Source: Bacteroidales bacterium (GTDB lineage: Bacteria; Bacteroidota; Bacteroidia; Bacteroidales; Bacteroidaceae). From it: a stretch of 64,000 bases of DNA. The notes under the pieces were generated by a model. The model was not told the origin of the DNA and did no database searches. It saw nothing but the letters and a program-made list of their open reading frames with translations. The translations under genes were made by a program, and so were the position numbers. The stretch covers positions 801 through 64,800 of the forward strand of contig SFCY01000001.1 of assembly GCA_004558865.1 (NCBI GenBank), read 5' to 3'. The first letter of the stretch is position 1, and every line of letters starts with the position of its first letter. Shown in pieces: positions 17,674 through 29,878 of the stretch.

Positions 17674-18738
17674 CTACTTCGCGACCTTGTCTTTCAGCGA
17701 TGGCGAGTACCACACGTTCATTTCTCCCTTGGGGCCGGCGTAGATGAAGTAGGCCATCAGTTCGGGATGCCGCTCCAAGAGTCTCTTGGCCTTGTCCACC
17801 CCCATCACCATGAAGGCCGTGGCGTAGGCGTCGGCCGTGGCGCAGTCGTTGGCCAGCACGGTTGCCGAGAGCAGACTGTGCTGCACGGGGTAGCCCGTCC
17901 TGGGGTCGATGGTGTGGGCGTATTTTTTGCCGGCCACGTAGCGGTAGTTGCGGTAGTTGCCGCTTGTGGCCATGGCCTTGTCGGTCACATTGATGACGGA
18001 TTGCGTCTCCTGGTTGACGTCGAGCGTGTCGTCGCACGGCTTCTTCACGCCTATCTTCCAGGGCAGCCGCTTCTCGCTGTTCCCGCTTGTCACTATCTCC
18101 CCCCCGATTTCGATGAGGAAGTTCTCGATGCCCTTGCGCTTGAAGAGCCGGGCCACCACGTCGGCGCCGTAGCCTTTGGCTATGGCGCTGCAGTCGAGTT
18201 TGATGTTGGGGTTGGCCTTGCTTATCTGTTCGTTGTTGAGCGACACGTGCTGGTAGCCCACGAGCCGTCTCAGACTGTCCACCGTTGCCTTGGAGGGGGG
18301 CTTCCGCCCGTCGGTGCCGAATCCCCACGCGTTGACCAAGGGGGCTACAGTGATGTCGAAGGCTCCGTCGGTCTCGTGAGAGATGCGCTCAGCCAAGAGG
18401 AACACCTGGGCGAACATGTCGTTCACCTTCACGTTCTCGTTGCGGTTCACGGCTGATATGATGCTCTTGGGGTTGAAGGGTGAGAGCGAAGCGTCCACTT
18501 TCCTCAGTTCGGCCTCGATTTCTGGCTGCAGGTCCCGCCCCGACTGGTAGGTGATGTGGTAGAAGGTGCCGAATATCTCGCCGCTGTCTTCTTGGTAGGG
18601 AGTGTCGTTTTGGGTGCGGATGATCCATATTGTCCCGATGACGAGCAGCAGCAGGAACGCCATCTGCAGGAGGGTCTTCCGCTTGGGCAGGTTCTTGTTG
18701 CCGCCGTTTGCATTGTGTGTTGTTGGGTTGGGAGTCAT
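17674..18738 (-). CDS. apbE: FAD:protein FMN transferase
   Basis: FDITVAPLVNAWGF, IAKGYGAD, ATSGNY, HTIDPRTG, ADAYATA. Confidence 0.93.
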   Translation of the reverse strand: MTPNPTTHNANGGNKNLPKRKTLLQMAFLLLLVIGTIWIIRTQNDTPYQEDSGEIFGTFYHITYQSGRDLQPEIEAELRKVDASLSPFNPKSIISAVNRNENVKVNDMFAQVFLLAERISHETDGAFDITVAPLVNAWGFGTDGRKPPSKATVDSLRRLVGYQHVSLNNEQISKANPNIKLDCSAIAKGYGADVVARLFKRKGIENFLIEIGGEIVTSGNSEKRLPWKIGVKKPCDDTLDVNQETQSVINVTDKAMATSGNYRNYRYVAGKKYAHTIDPRTGYPVQHSLLSATVLANDCATADAYATAFMVMGVDKAKRLLERHPELMAYFIYAGPKGEMNVWYSPSLKDKVAK

Positions 18739-18756
18739 GTTGCGTGTTGGGATATG

Positions 18757-19440
18757 CTAAATTTCGAATGTGATGTTGAATGTGCCGCCGAGCCGCGAGC
18801 TGCCCTGCTTGCCGTAGCCTGGCACGTACCAGGTGCTGCCGATGGTGCCGTCGTCGTGGTGCAGCCTGAGCTTGTAGCGTACGCTCCAGCCCATCCTCAT
18901 GGGGCCTATGATCTTGGCGTCGATGGAGAACACGGCCTCCGCCCACCCGCAGCTGGCCTTTACACCGTGGGCTGAGTAGGGAGCCTCGCCTCCCCACACA
19001 GGATCGGTGAGGGCGGGGCGGTCCACGTCGAACTTGTAGGAAGTGTAGCCATATCGGAAGCCCGCAAGAAGCCGGTAGTCGTCGTGCTTGTTTTTCATGA
19101 GGTTGAAGTCCAGGCCTATCCGGCCGTAGGGTGCGCTGGTCTTGAAGTGGAGGCGGGTGGCGTCGTCGTTGGCGTCGGCCTTGCCATAGCCCAATTCCAC
19201 GGTTGGGAAGTACTTGTCCCTAAGGTTCACCCTCACTACGCCCTCCACTTGTCCGTAGCTGCCCACGAGCAACTGTATGGGTCCCACGAGGTCGGCCCCG
19301 ACGGCCACGCCGCGCAGTGTGGCGATGCTGTCGGTCTGCTGCACGGCAATCTGCTTCCGCCCCTGGGCGGCCACGCCCAAGGGCAGCAGGGCCAGCAGTG
19401 CGAGGCTAACGCTTCTTGAAATATATTTGGATATGCGCAT
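18757..19440 (-). CDS. Outer-membrane beta-barrel protein (DUF6048-like)
   Basis: Signal peptide, amphipathic beta strands, WYVPGYGK near the C-terminus. Confidence 0.65.
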   Translation of the reverse strand: MRISKYISRSVSLALLALLPLGVAAQGRKQIAVQQTDSIATLRGVAVGADLVGPIQLLVGSYGQVEGVVRVNLRDKYFPTVELGYGKADANDDATRLHFKTSAPYGRIGLDFNLMKNKHDDYRLLAGFRYGYTSYKFDVDRPALTDPVWGGEAPYSAHGVKASCGWAEAVFSIDAKIIGPMRMGWSVRYKLRLHHDDGTIGSTWYVPGYGKQGSSRLGGTFNITFEI

Positions 19441-19894
19441 GGGAGTTGTCGAACGTTACGTTGGGATTCACTATCCTGATGCTGTCGATTCCATGGTGGG
19501 TGGTGCTGACGCTCTTTAGGGTGTGGAAGAACACGGGGTTGCAGTCCACGGCCTCAAAGTGGGTGAGGTTGTCCTTCTCCACGGTCACAGTGTCGAGCGT
19601 CTGTGTCTGGTCGGTGTTGTGCCGGTCGAAGAGCAGCTGGTCGCGGTCGACGCCATAGCTCATGGGTATCTCGAACTGGGCGGTCTGGGCCGAGCGGTTC
19701 AGCAGCACGGTGTCGCTGCCGTCGCGTCGGGTTGTCGACACGGTGAGCGTGTCGGTGAGCGTGTCTCCGCCCAAGGTGTATACACAGAGCGTGCGGCTGT
19801 TGAGCGGACAATCGATAGAAGAGCAGCCCTCAAAGCCCATCGCCGTGGCCGCCATGGCCACCATAGGCAGCAGTCGCAGGATCATTCTTCGCAT
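19406..19894 (-). CDS. Lipoprotein (DUF6452-like)
   Basis: Lipobox-like FEGCSSIDCPL; DTLT, HFEAVDC motifs; start inferred at ATG 19894. Confidence 0.6.
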   Translation of the reverse strand: MRRMILRLLPMVAMAATAMGFEGCSSIDCPLNSRTLCVYTLGGDTLTDTLTVSTTRRDGSDTVLLNRSAQTAQFEIPMSYGVDRDQLLFDRHNTDQTQTLDTVTVEKDNLTHFEAVDCNPVFFHTLKSVSTTHHGIDSIRIVNPNVTFDNSHAHIQIYFKKR

Positions 19895-20844
19895 CTGAGC
19901 GTCTTCTCTATTTGATAGTCGTTGCGATAGGGGTTGGCGCGACTCACCAAGTCGCCGAGGAAGCCGGCCAAGAACAGCTGTGTGCCGATGAGCATCGTGG
20001 TGAGGGCGATGTAGAAGTAGGGCGAGTCGGTCACCAATGGGGCGGGAATGCCTTGGCTGAGGCAATAGAGCTTCTTCACGCCGATAATGATGGCGGCGAT
20101 GATGCCCACAAGGAACACCAACGAGCCGATGAAGCCGAATACGTGCATGGGCTTCTTGCCGAAGTTGCTCAGGAACCAGAGGCTCAGCAGGTCGAGGTAG
20201 CCATTGAAGAAGCGGTTGAGTCCAAACTTCGACTTGCCGTATTTTCGGGCCTGGTGGTGCACCACTTTCTCGCCTATCCTGTCAAAGCCAGCGTTTTTGG
20301 CCAGGTAGGGGATGTAGCGGTGCATTTCGCCATACACCTCGATGTTCTTCACCACGTCCTTCCTGTAGGCTTTCAGGCCGCAGTTGAAGTCGTGCAGGTT
20401 GTGTATGCCGCTCACCAATCGTGCCGTGGCGTTGAATAGTTTTGTCGGGATGGTCTTCGACAGCGGGTCGTAGCGTTTCTGCTTGTAGCCGCTCACGAGG
20501 TCGTAGCCCTCCCGGGTGATCATGTTGTAGAGGCCGGGAATCTCATCGGGCGAGTCCTGCAGGTCGGCGTCCATGGTGACCACAACATCGCCCTCGGCGG
20601 CCTTGAAGCCGCAGTAGAGCGCGGGGCTCTTGCCGTAGTTGCGTCTGAACTTGATGCCCTTCACGTTGGGATCCTCCTCGGCCAGCCTCTCTATGGTGTT
20701 CCACGAGCCGTCGGTGGAACCGTCGTTCACAAAAATCATCTCGTAGGTGAGGTTGTTGGCCTTCATCACGCGCTCCACCCATGCGTGGAGCTCAGGCAGT
20801 GATTCTTCCTCGTTGTAAAGAGGTACGACTACTGAAATATCCAT
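19882..20844 (-). CDS. Glycosyltransferase family 2 (ArnC/DPM1-like polyprenol-phosphate glycosyltransferase)
   Basis: VVPLYNEE, DGSTD, MDADLQD, two C-terminal TM helices. Confidence 0.92.
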   Translation of the reverse strand: MDISVVVPLYNEEESLPELHAWVERVMKANNLTYEMIFVNDGSTDGSWNTIERLAEEDPNVKGIKFRRNYGKSPALYCGFKAAEGDVVVTMDADLQDSPDEIPGLYNMITREGYDLVSGYKQKRYDPLSKTIPTKLFNATARLVSGIHNLHDFNCGLKAYRKDVVKNIEVYGEMHRYIPYLAKNAGFDRIGEKVVHHQARKYGKSKFGLNRFFNGYLDLLSLWFLSNFGKKPMHVFGFIGSLVFLVGIIAAIIIGVKKLYCLSQGIPAPLVTDSPYFYIALTTMLIGTQLFLAGFLGDLVSRANPYRNDYQIEKTLRCEE

Positions 20845-20899
20845 TTGTTTTTTCCTTTATTGTTGGCGGTGCCTTTCTGCGGGCACTCATTTTTGTTTC

Positions 20900-21439
20900 C
20901 TATTGGTTGGGCGTGCGGCCGAGGGGTGGCTTTCTCACGCCGGGCAATGCTATGATGAACGACGACAGGAAGCCGACGAACATGTTCTCCATCATGAAGA
21001 CGAATGTCTTGTTCAGGGGCGAGAAATCCAATATCATACCGCTGTATTCCCTTATCTCGTCCCGGCTGAAGCCCTGCTGCTCCCAGATGGGCGCGGCAGC
21101 GTTGAAGCTTTGCTGAAGGAAGAGGTTCATCTGCCCTTGGTCGATGAATTTGAGAAAGAGGAACTGCATGAGGGCGAAGGCCACGCTGGCATAGAAGAAC
21201 ACATAGAGTGTGTAGGCCAAGGCCCGCCTGTAGGACATCACCCCGTCGAGCGCATAGTTGCGGAACTTCACCATGCGCCAGACGATGACCGCTGGGGTGA
21301 GCAGCGCCATCAGGTTGCCGATGCCGCTGTCGGGCGCATACATGAACGACAGGAAGCTAACGGTCCAAACCGCCGTGAGTATGGCACCGTCCTGTCTGGC
21401 GAAAGCCTTCAGTTGTATGAGTGCGGGTATATTCATCAT
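20900..21439 (-). CDS. DUF4199-like membrane protein
   Basis: Four hydrophobic segments; start placed after TAATTTTG at 21449-21456. Confidence 0.65.
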   Translation of the reverse strand: MMNIPALIQLKAFARQDGAILTAVWTVSFLSFMYAPDSGIGNLMALLTPAVIVWRMVKFRNYALDGVMSYRRALAYTLYVFFYASVAFALMQFLFLKFIDQGQMNLFLQQSFNAAAPIWEQQGFSRDEIREYSGMILDFSPLNKTFVFMMENMFVGFLSSFIIALPGVRKPPLGRTPNQ

Positions 21440-21568
21440 AATCAGTTGCAAAATTACTGCTTTTCTTTTATTTATTAGGATAAACAACAACTTTTTTTCG
21501 TTTTTTTTCTTCAGGCTGTGTTCCCATGTACGTCCAATCTATATCGCCTCCCGCCATGGGGCGAATAC

Positions 21569-21604
21569 AAAAAAGGCAGACGAGCCGCAGGGCTGTCTGC
21601 CTTT
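21569..21604 (-). terminator. Intrinsic terminator after tRNA-Thr
   Basis: AAAGGCAGAC...GTCTGCCTTT hairpin followed by a U-tract on the minus strand. Confidence 0.7.
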
Positions 21605-21608
21605 GGGG

Positions 21609-21682
21609 AGCCTCTTGTCGGATTCGAACCAACGACCCCGAGATTACAAATCACGTGCTCTGGCCAACTGAGCTAAAGAGGC
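21609..21682 (-). tRNA. tRNA-Thr(UGU)
   Basis: GCCTCTTTAGCTCAGTTGG...TTTGTAA...GGTTCGAATCC...AGAGGCT cloverleaf. Confidence 0.95.
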
Positions 21683-21684
21683 AG

Positions 21685-21785
21685 GTGGGCAAGCGATTCC
21701 TATCGCGCCGCTACAACCAAGTACCCTTGCTGCGTTCCCGCCCTGGGGGGATTCCGAGGGAGCTGGCCGTAGGAGACTTGCCCAT
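21685..21785 (-). ncRNA. ffs: Signal recognition particle RNA (4.5S)
   Basis: Terminal pairing ATGGGCAAG/CTTGCCCAC; domain IV-like CCAGGGCGGGAACGCAGCAAGG. Confidence 0.85.
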
Positions 21786-21816
21786 GTTAGTTGGGCTTCC
21801 TTTCGGAAAGCGAGTG

Positions 21817-21824
21817 CAAAGGTA
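21817..21824 (-). promoter_or_regulatory. -7 promoter element for ffs-tRNA-Thr (TACCTTTG)
   Basis: TAnnTTTG consensus. Confidence 0.65.
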
Positions 21825-21965
21825 TATAATTTTCTCCAATAAAACAATTTTTCACCGCTATTTTTTTAGTTTTTCATCCACGTTGGTGAATTGTCCGTGC
21901 ATGAGTGGTGTGCAGGTCTGGCCATAAGGGGTGAAAAATCACCTCAGGGCCGCTTGCCCTCGTTC

Positions 21966-22049
21966 CGTGCCAATTGTCACGGACTATCGTGCCAATTGTC
22001 ACGGACTATCGTGGCAATTGTCACAGACTATCGTGGCAATTGTCACAGA
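21966..22049. repeat. 22-bp tandem repeat, about 3.8 copies (CGTGSCAATTGTCACRGACTAT)
   Basis: Units start at 21966, 21988, 22010 and 22032. Confidence 0.9.
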
Positions 22050-22290
22050 ACATAGGTTGGCGATGATGAGGTGTAGACGGGCTGTCCATGCCATACGACA
22101 CAACAGGCAATAGCTTGTCGCTGAACCATGCATGAGGGTCATCTTGTGACATTGTCCAAATGGAAGAGGTTCGTGCGGGATGCATTCGTTCCTTGGTGGG
22201 ATGTGTAAGCAACAAGCATCTTGCGCTATGCATTCTGCATTTGAAGGCATTATGCTTGATAAAAAGTTTGGTGGTTTCCGAAATTGACAG

Positions 22291-22298
22291 TATCTTTG
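22291..22298 (+). promoter_or_regulatory. -7 promoter element for mutS2 (TATCTTTG)
   Basis: TAnnTTTG consensus, with TTTG upstream. Confidence 0.6.
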
Positions 22299-22313
22299 CA
22301 TGTCAATTTGCAA

Positions 22314-24932
22314 ATGATGATTTATCCAAAAAACTTTGAGAATAAGATTGGCTTTGACGAGGTGAGGGCCATGCTGCGCGCCCACTGCCTCTCGCCCTTG
22401 GGCAAGGAGCGGGTGGAGGCGATGGCTTTCTCTGTCGACGCCAAAGAGATAAACGTGCTTTTGGAACAGGTGCGCGAATACGGCCGTCTGCTCTCGGAAC
22501 ACGACGACTTCGCCTTGGGATCCTTCTTCGACTGCCGTGCGGCCCTGCAGCGCATCCGCCTACAGGGAACCCACCTTGAAGAGGAAGAACTCTTCGACCT
22601 GCGCCGTTCGCTCGACATGATCATCACGCTCGTCGCCGCACTCAGCCACAACGACCAAGAGGAAGCCGACCTTCCCGCAGCCGACGAGGACGGCTGGCGC
22701 GTGGAACCCAAATATGAATATCCGGAGCTGCACCGCCTCACGGAGGGCATCATCACCTTTCCCTCCCTCATGCAGCGCATCGACCAGATTCTCGACCAGC
22801 ATGGCAGAATCCGCGACACCGCCTCGCCTGAACTGAACGACATCCGCCGCGAGCTCAGGCGCACGGAGGGCTCCATTTCCAAAACGCTCTATAGTATCCT
22901 GCACAGTGCCCAAAGCGAGGGACTGGTGGAGAAGGATGTCACGCCTACCCTGCGCGACGGACGTCTGGTCATTCCTGTGGCTCCGGGGCTGAAGCGCAAG
23001 ATCTCGGGCATCGTCCACGATGAGAGCGCCTCGGGCCGAACGGTGTTCATCGAGCCTACTGAGGTGGTGGAGGCCAACAACCGCATCCGTGAGTTGGAGA
23101 GCGACGAGCGGCACGAGATCATCCGCATCCTCACTGAGCTGACCAAGCAGGTGCGCCCCCATGCCATGGAAATCCTCTTCTCCTATCATCTTTTGGCGGC
23201 CATCGACTTCATTCAGTCCAAGACCCGTGTGGCGGAATTGATGGGGGCCATCGGACCGGAGGTGGCCGACAAGCCCCTCATGGATTGGATTCAGGCCCGG
23301 CATCCGCTGCTCATGGAGTCGCTGTCACGGCAGGGAAAGAATATGGTGCCGCTCGACATCACGCTCACGGCCGAGAAGCACATTCTCGTTATCTCAGGCC
23401 CCAATGCCGGTGGCAAGTCGGTCTGCCTCAAGACGGTAGGCCTCCTGCAGTACATGCTGCAGTGTGGGATGCCCATTCCCGTGGGGGAGCGCTCGCGCTG
23501 CGGCGTGTTTGGCGATGTGATGATAGACATTGGCGATGAGCAGAGCTTGGAGAACGACCTCTCCACCTACTCCTCCCATCTGCTCAACATGAAGAACATG
23601 ATGAGGCAGGCCACGGGCAGTACGCTCATCCTCATCGACGAGTTCGGCACAGGCACAGAGCCGGGCATCGGTGGCGCGCTGGCCGAGGCCGTGCTGGAGC
23701 GACTGCTCGCAAAAGGTGCGTGGGCGGTCATCACCACCCACTACCAGAACTTGAAGCACTTCGCCGACAGCCACGATGGGGTGGCCAACGGGGCCATGCT
23801 CTACGACCGCCACGAGATGCGGCCTCTCTTCCAGCTGGCCATCGGCAGGCCTGGAAGCTCCTTCGCCGTGGAGATAGCCAAGAAGATAGGGCTGCCCGAT
23901 GAGGTGATACAGCGGGCTACAGACATTGTGGGAAAGGACTATATCCAGAGCGACAAGTATTTGCAGGACATCGTGCGCGACAAGCGCTACTGGGAAAACA
24001 AACGGCAGAACATCCACCAGCGCGAGAAAGATATAGAGAAGACTTTGCAGCGCTACGAGGCCGACTTGGGCGACATCGACCGGGAGCGCAAGAAAATTCT
24101 CTCCAACGCCAAGGCCCAGGCCGAGGAACTCTTGGCCGAGAGCAACAAGCGCATAGAGAATGCCATCCGCGAGATTCGCGAGTCGCAGGCCGAAAAGGAG
24201 GAGACCAAGCGTATTCGTCGGGAACTTGAGGAATTCAAGGAGGGCATCGACAGCATCGACTCCAAGGACAGCGACGACGCCATCAACAAGAAGATACAGC
24301 AGATCCAACAGCGCAAGGAACGCCGCGCGCAGCGAAAGGCCCAGAAAGCCGACGAGCAGCAGAGGGCTTCGGAGGCTCTGCGACAGGCAGCCCTGCGACC
24401 CTCCGAACGGGAGAAGACCCACGTGTTGGCGCCGGGCGACGCCGTGCGCATCAAGGGCTTGCAGGGCGTGGGCCGCATAGAGAGCATCAACGGGGGCCAG
24501 TGCATAGCCATCTTTGGAGGAATGAAGACCAAGATGAGGCTCAACAGACTGGAATATGTCAGTAAACCTGTCGCCGAACAGCCGGAAGATGCTGCGGCGA
24601 AGACCAAGAACGAGGAGTTGATGGAAGGCTTGGGGGCATACAACATCTCGCACGTCACGCGGGAGACGATGGACGATCGCCGAAAGAATTTCCACCAGGA
24701 CATCGACGTGCGCGGAATGCGTGGCGACGAGGCCCTGCGCGTGGTGCAGGATTTCATCGACGATGCCATCCTCGTGGGGATGCCGCGTGTGCGCATCCTC
24801 CACGGTAAGGGCAACGGCATCCTGCGCCAGCTCATCCGCCAGTATCTCGCCACAGAACCCAACGTTACGCACTACGCCGATGAGAACGTGCAGTTCGGTG
24901 GCGCAGGAATCACGGTTGTGGACATTGGGTAG
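22314..24932 (+). CDS. mutS2: Endonuclease MutS2 (Smr domain)
   Basis: GPNAGGKS, DEFGTGTEP, coiled coil, C-terminal Smr domain (IDVRGM...HGKGNG...GGAG). Confidence 0.95.
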   Translation: MMIYPKNFENKIGFDEVRAMLRAHCLSPLGKERVEAMAFSVDAKEINVLLEQVREYGRLLSEHDDFALGSFFDCRAALQRIRLQGTHLEEEELFDLRRSLDMIITLVAALSHNDQEEADLPAADEDGWRVEPKYEYPELHRLTEGIITFPSLMQRIDQILDQHGRIRDTASPELNDIRRELRRTEGSISKTLYSILHSAQSEGLVEKDVTPTLRDGRLVIPVAPGLKRKISGIVHDESASGRTVFIEPTEVVEANNRIRELESDERHEIIRILTELTKQVRPHAMEILFSYHLLAAIDFIQSKTRVAELMGAIGPEVADKPLMDWIQARHPLLMESLSRQGKNMVPLDITLTAEKHILVISGPNAGGKSVCLKTVGLLQYMLQCGMPIPVGERSRCGVFGDVMIDIGDEQSLENDLSTYSSHLLNMKNMMRQATGSTLILIDEFGTGTEPGIGGALAEAVLERLLAKGAWAVITTHYQNLKHFADSHDGVANGAMLYDRHEMRPLFQLAIGRPGSSFAVEIAKKIGLPDEVIQRATDIVGKDYIQSDKYLQDIVRDKRYWENKRQNIHQREKDIEKTLQRYEADLGDIDRERKKILSNAKAQAEELLAESNKRIENAIREIRESQAEKEETKRIRRELEEFKEGIDSIDSKDSDDAINKKIQQIQQRKERRAQRKAQKADEQQRASEALRQAALRPSEREKTHVLAPGDAVRIKGLQGVGRIESINGGQCIAIFGGMKTKMRLNRLEYVSKPVAEQPEDAAAKTKNEELMEGLGAYNISHVTRETMDDRRKNFHQDIDVRGMRGDEALRVVQDFIDDAILVGMPRVRILHGKGNGILRQLIRQYLATEPNVTHYADENVQFGGAGITVVDIG

Positions 24933-25205
24933 ACTTCGTCCTTATGGCGATGTTCATCCTTCTCCATAGGCATGTCGGCACCAGTCGCCAGAGCGCTACA
25001 AGAATGCGGTAGCGCCAGTCTATGATGGCGACGTGGCGGCGGTGTCCCACTGCGTCCATGATTTTGTCCACCGTGGGCATCAATGGCATGGTCATGGGGA
25101 AGTGGCTGCCCGAGAGTAGGGGAGTGTCGACGAATCCCGGACGTATCTCCGTAACCTTACGCCCGTCTTGTTGGCGTTGGCCTGTTGCTCCAGGGCTTGT
25201 ACATA
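24910..25205 (-). pseudogene. 3' remnant of a short-chain dehydrogenase/reductase (SDR)
   Basis: YVQALEQQA... in one frame and VTEIRPGFVDTPLL...IDWRYRILVALWRLVP in another (shift near 25155); 5' part absent; abuts MITE copy 2. Confidence 0.7.
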
Positions 25206-25479
25206 AGGTTGGTTCTAAAAATTAGGTCGAGGCGTATTGGACCCAGCGCCCACCTTTTCTCGCCATGGCAGAGTCCAAGCAAGCTTGGCTCTGCTCATTT
25301 GGCTTAACGAAAAGGTTCTGCCAGCTATCGAGACTCAAAACGTAAGTTGAAGAGGGAATGTAGCATGGCTACACGACCGATGAAACTTGACGTTTTGAGG
25401 CCGATAGATGCAGAAGACGACCGAAACAACCTATATCCGTATCAGTTTGGTTTCTACACCTAACTTTTAGGATCGGCCT
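25206..25479. mobile_element. MITE-like non-autonomous element, copy 2
   Basis: Similar to 8826-9119; TIRs AGGTTGGTTCTAAAAATTAGGT / ACCTAACTTTTAGGATCGGCCT; TA flanks. Confidence 0.7.
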
Positions 25480-25480
25480 T

Positions 25481-25520
25481 AAAAAAAGGCACTGTCCCGC
25501 AGTGGGGGGGCAGTACCTTA
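25481..25520 (-). terminator. Intrinsic terminator of valS
   Basis: AAGGCACTGTCCC...GGGGCAGTACCTT stem plus a U-tract on the minus strand. Confidence 0.6.
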
Positions 25521-25548
25521 TTATATTATAGGAGTGTTGGGCAATTCG

Positions 25549-28242
<2,694 letters not shown>

Positions 28243-28368
28243 TATATCTTAATTTGTTCTGATGCTTGTTGGGGATGCGATGTGAGGGTTCTCAATCTTA
28301 ATTTATTATTAAATCGGTGCAAAAGTAATAAAAATCTATGGAAAATGATTATCTTTGCAGGAAAATAA

Positions 28369-29265
28369 ATGATTGTGGTGCATACAAAGAAAGAAAAAAT
28401 GGCTGCCTTTGAGCGTCTGCTCAACGTGCAAGACAGACTGCGCAAGGAATGTCCGTGGGACAGGAAACAAACCTTTGAGAGCCTTCGGCCCAATACTATA
28501 GAAGAGGTGTACGAACTTTGTGACGCTCTGATGAGAGGCGACATGAAGAACGTGTGCAAGGAGTTGGGCGACGTGATGGAGCATGTGGTGTTCTATGCCA
28601 TGTTGGGAAATGAGGCGGGCAGCTTCGACATCGCCGATGTCTGCAATGCCCAGGCCGACAAGCTGATGTATCGCCACGACTTCATCAACTGGCGGGAGGA
28701 GGGTCGCTGGACGGTGGCTGATCCTGATTTGGAAATCAATGAGGCAGGACAGGTGGTCTACAAGAAGGACGACGACAAGGGGGATACCCATGCTGCCGCC
28801 CGGCCGACAACCGCTGGAGAGGTGGAGACGACTTGGGAGCAGCGCAAGCAAACCGAGCGCGACGGCAACAAGTCTGTGCTGGCTGGTGTCCCCGCAGCCC
28901 TGCCCACCCTTGTCAAGGCTTACCGCATACAGGACAAGGCCCGCAACGTGGGCTTCGACTGGAAAAGGAAAGAGGATGTATGGGACAAGGTTAGGGAAGA
29001 GCTTGGCGAGCTGGAGGCTGAGCTTCGGAAAGACGACAAGGCACGCAGCACGGCCGAATTGGGCGACTTCCTGTTCAGTGTCATCAATGCGGCGCGGCTC
29101 TATCATCTCAATCCTGACAATGCCCTGGAGGAAACCAACCAGAAGTTCATCCGACGCTTCAACTATGTGGAGCAACGCCTAAAGGAAGAAGGACATAGCT
29201 TTGCCGAGGCCACTCTTGAGACGATGGACAAATACTGGAATGAGGCCAAGGCCAAAGGACTATGA
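28369..29265 (+). CDS. mazG: Nucleoside triphosphate pyrophosphohydrolase
   Basis: CPWD..QT, EEVYE, ELGD motifs in two domains; GFDW. Confidence 0.93.
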   Translation: MIVVHTKKEKMAAFERLLNVQDRLRKECPWDRKQTFESLRPNTIEEVYELCDALMRGDMKNVCKELGDVMEHVVFYAMLGNEAGSFDIADVCNAQADKLMYRHDFINWREEGRWTVADPDLEINEAGQVVYKKDDDKGDTHAAARPTTAGEVETTWEQRKQTERDGNKSVLAGVPAALPTLVKAYRIQDKARNVGFDWKRKEDVWDKVREELGELEAELRKDDKARSTAELGDFLFSVINAARLYHLNPDNALEETNQKFIRRFNYVEQRLKEEGHSFAEATLETMDKYWNEAKAKGL

Positions 29266-29302
29266 CTTTTTTGTTGAATCGAAAATATAAAACTATCTAA
29301 TA

Positions 29303-29866
29303 ATGAGGAAATTAGTTATCGTAGCTTTAATTGTTCCGTTGGTGGCTCTGCTCGCTTCTTGCAACAGCGGAAAGAAACCAGCCGGCACGGCGAAGGGCGA
29401 CACAGCCTCTGTGGCTGGCGACTCCATATCCGACAGTACCGTCTACGGCAAGGTCGTGGACGGCGGTCAGAGTGTCCTGCTCTTGCAGACCGACGCCGGC
29501 GACACGATAGAATATGTGCTTGAGAACGAGTTTGGCGAGCCTGTCAGAGTGCAGGGCGGCTACAACGTGGGCGACCGGTTGGCCGTGGTGGGCTACAAAG
29601 TCAACGGTGAGAACATCGTGAGGACTGCCATCAACCTGCTCTCGCTGCAGGGGCAGTGGACCAGCCTGGACAAAAACTTCACCATAGAGGAGGGAGGCGT
29701 TGTACACTCGTCGGTTGAGGCCGAGAAGAATCCCTGGACCTCATGGAAGATTCTCAACGGCAAGTTGATGCTCAACCGGCAGGCATTCGATGTGGTATCG
29801 TTGGGGGCAGACTCCTTGGCCTTGGAGGACTCCACGGGTATCTACGTGTATAAACGTCAGAAATAA
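29303..29866 (+). CDS. Lipoprotein (lipocalin-like C-terminal domain)
   Basis: Lipobox LLASC; L.G.W and W...NG.L beta-rich motifs. Confidence 0.65.
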   Translation: MRKLVIVALIVPLVALLASCNSGKKPAGTAKGDTASVAGDSISDSTVYGKVVDGGQSVLLLQTDAGDTIEYVLENEFGEPVRVQGGYNVGDRLAVVGYKVNGENIVRTAINLLSLQGQWTSLDKNFTIEEGGVVHSSVEAEKNPWTSWKILNGKLMLNRQAFDVVSLGADSLALEDSTGIYVYKRQK

Positions 29867-29878
29867 CGCATTTCAGAA

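Noticed and set aside
21640..21656. U-U mismatch in the tRNA-Thr(UGU) anticodon stem as a sign of a pseudo-tRNA
   Set aside because: All other arms are canonical and the gene has a promoter and terminator; a single mismatch is tolerated
21966..22049. Possible CRISPR array
   Set aside because: The repeats are contiguous with no unique spacers, and there are no cas genes in the window
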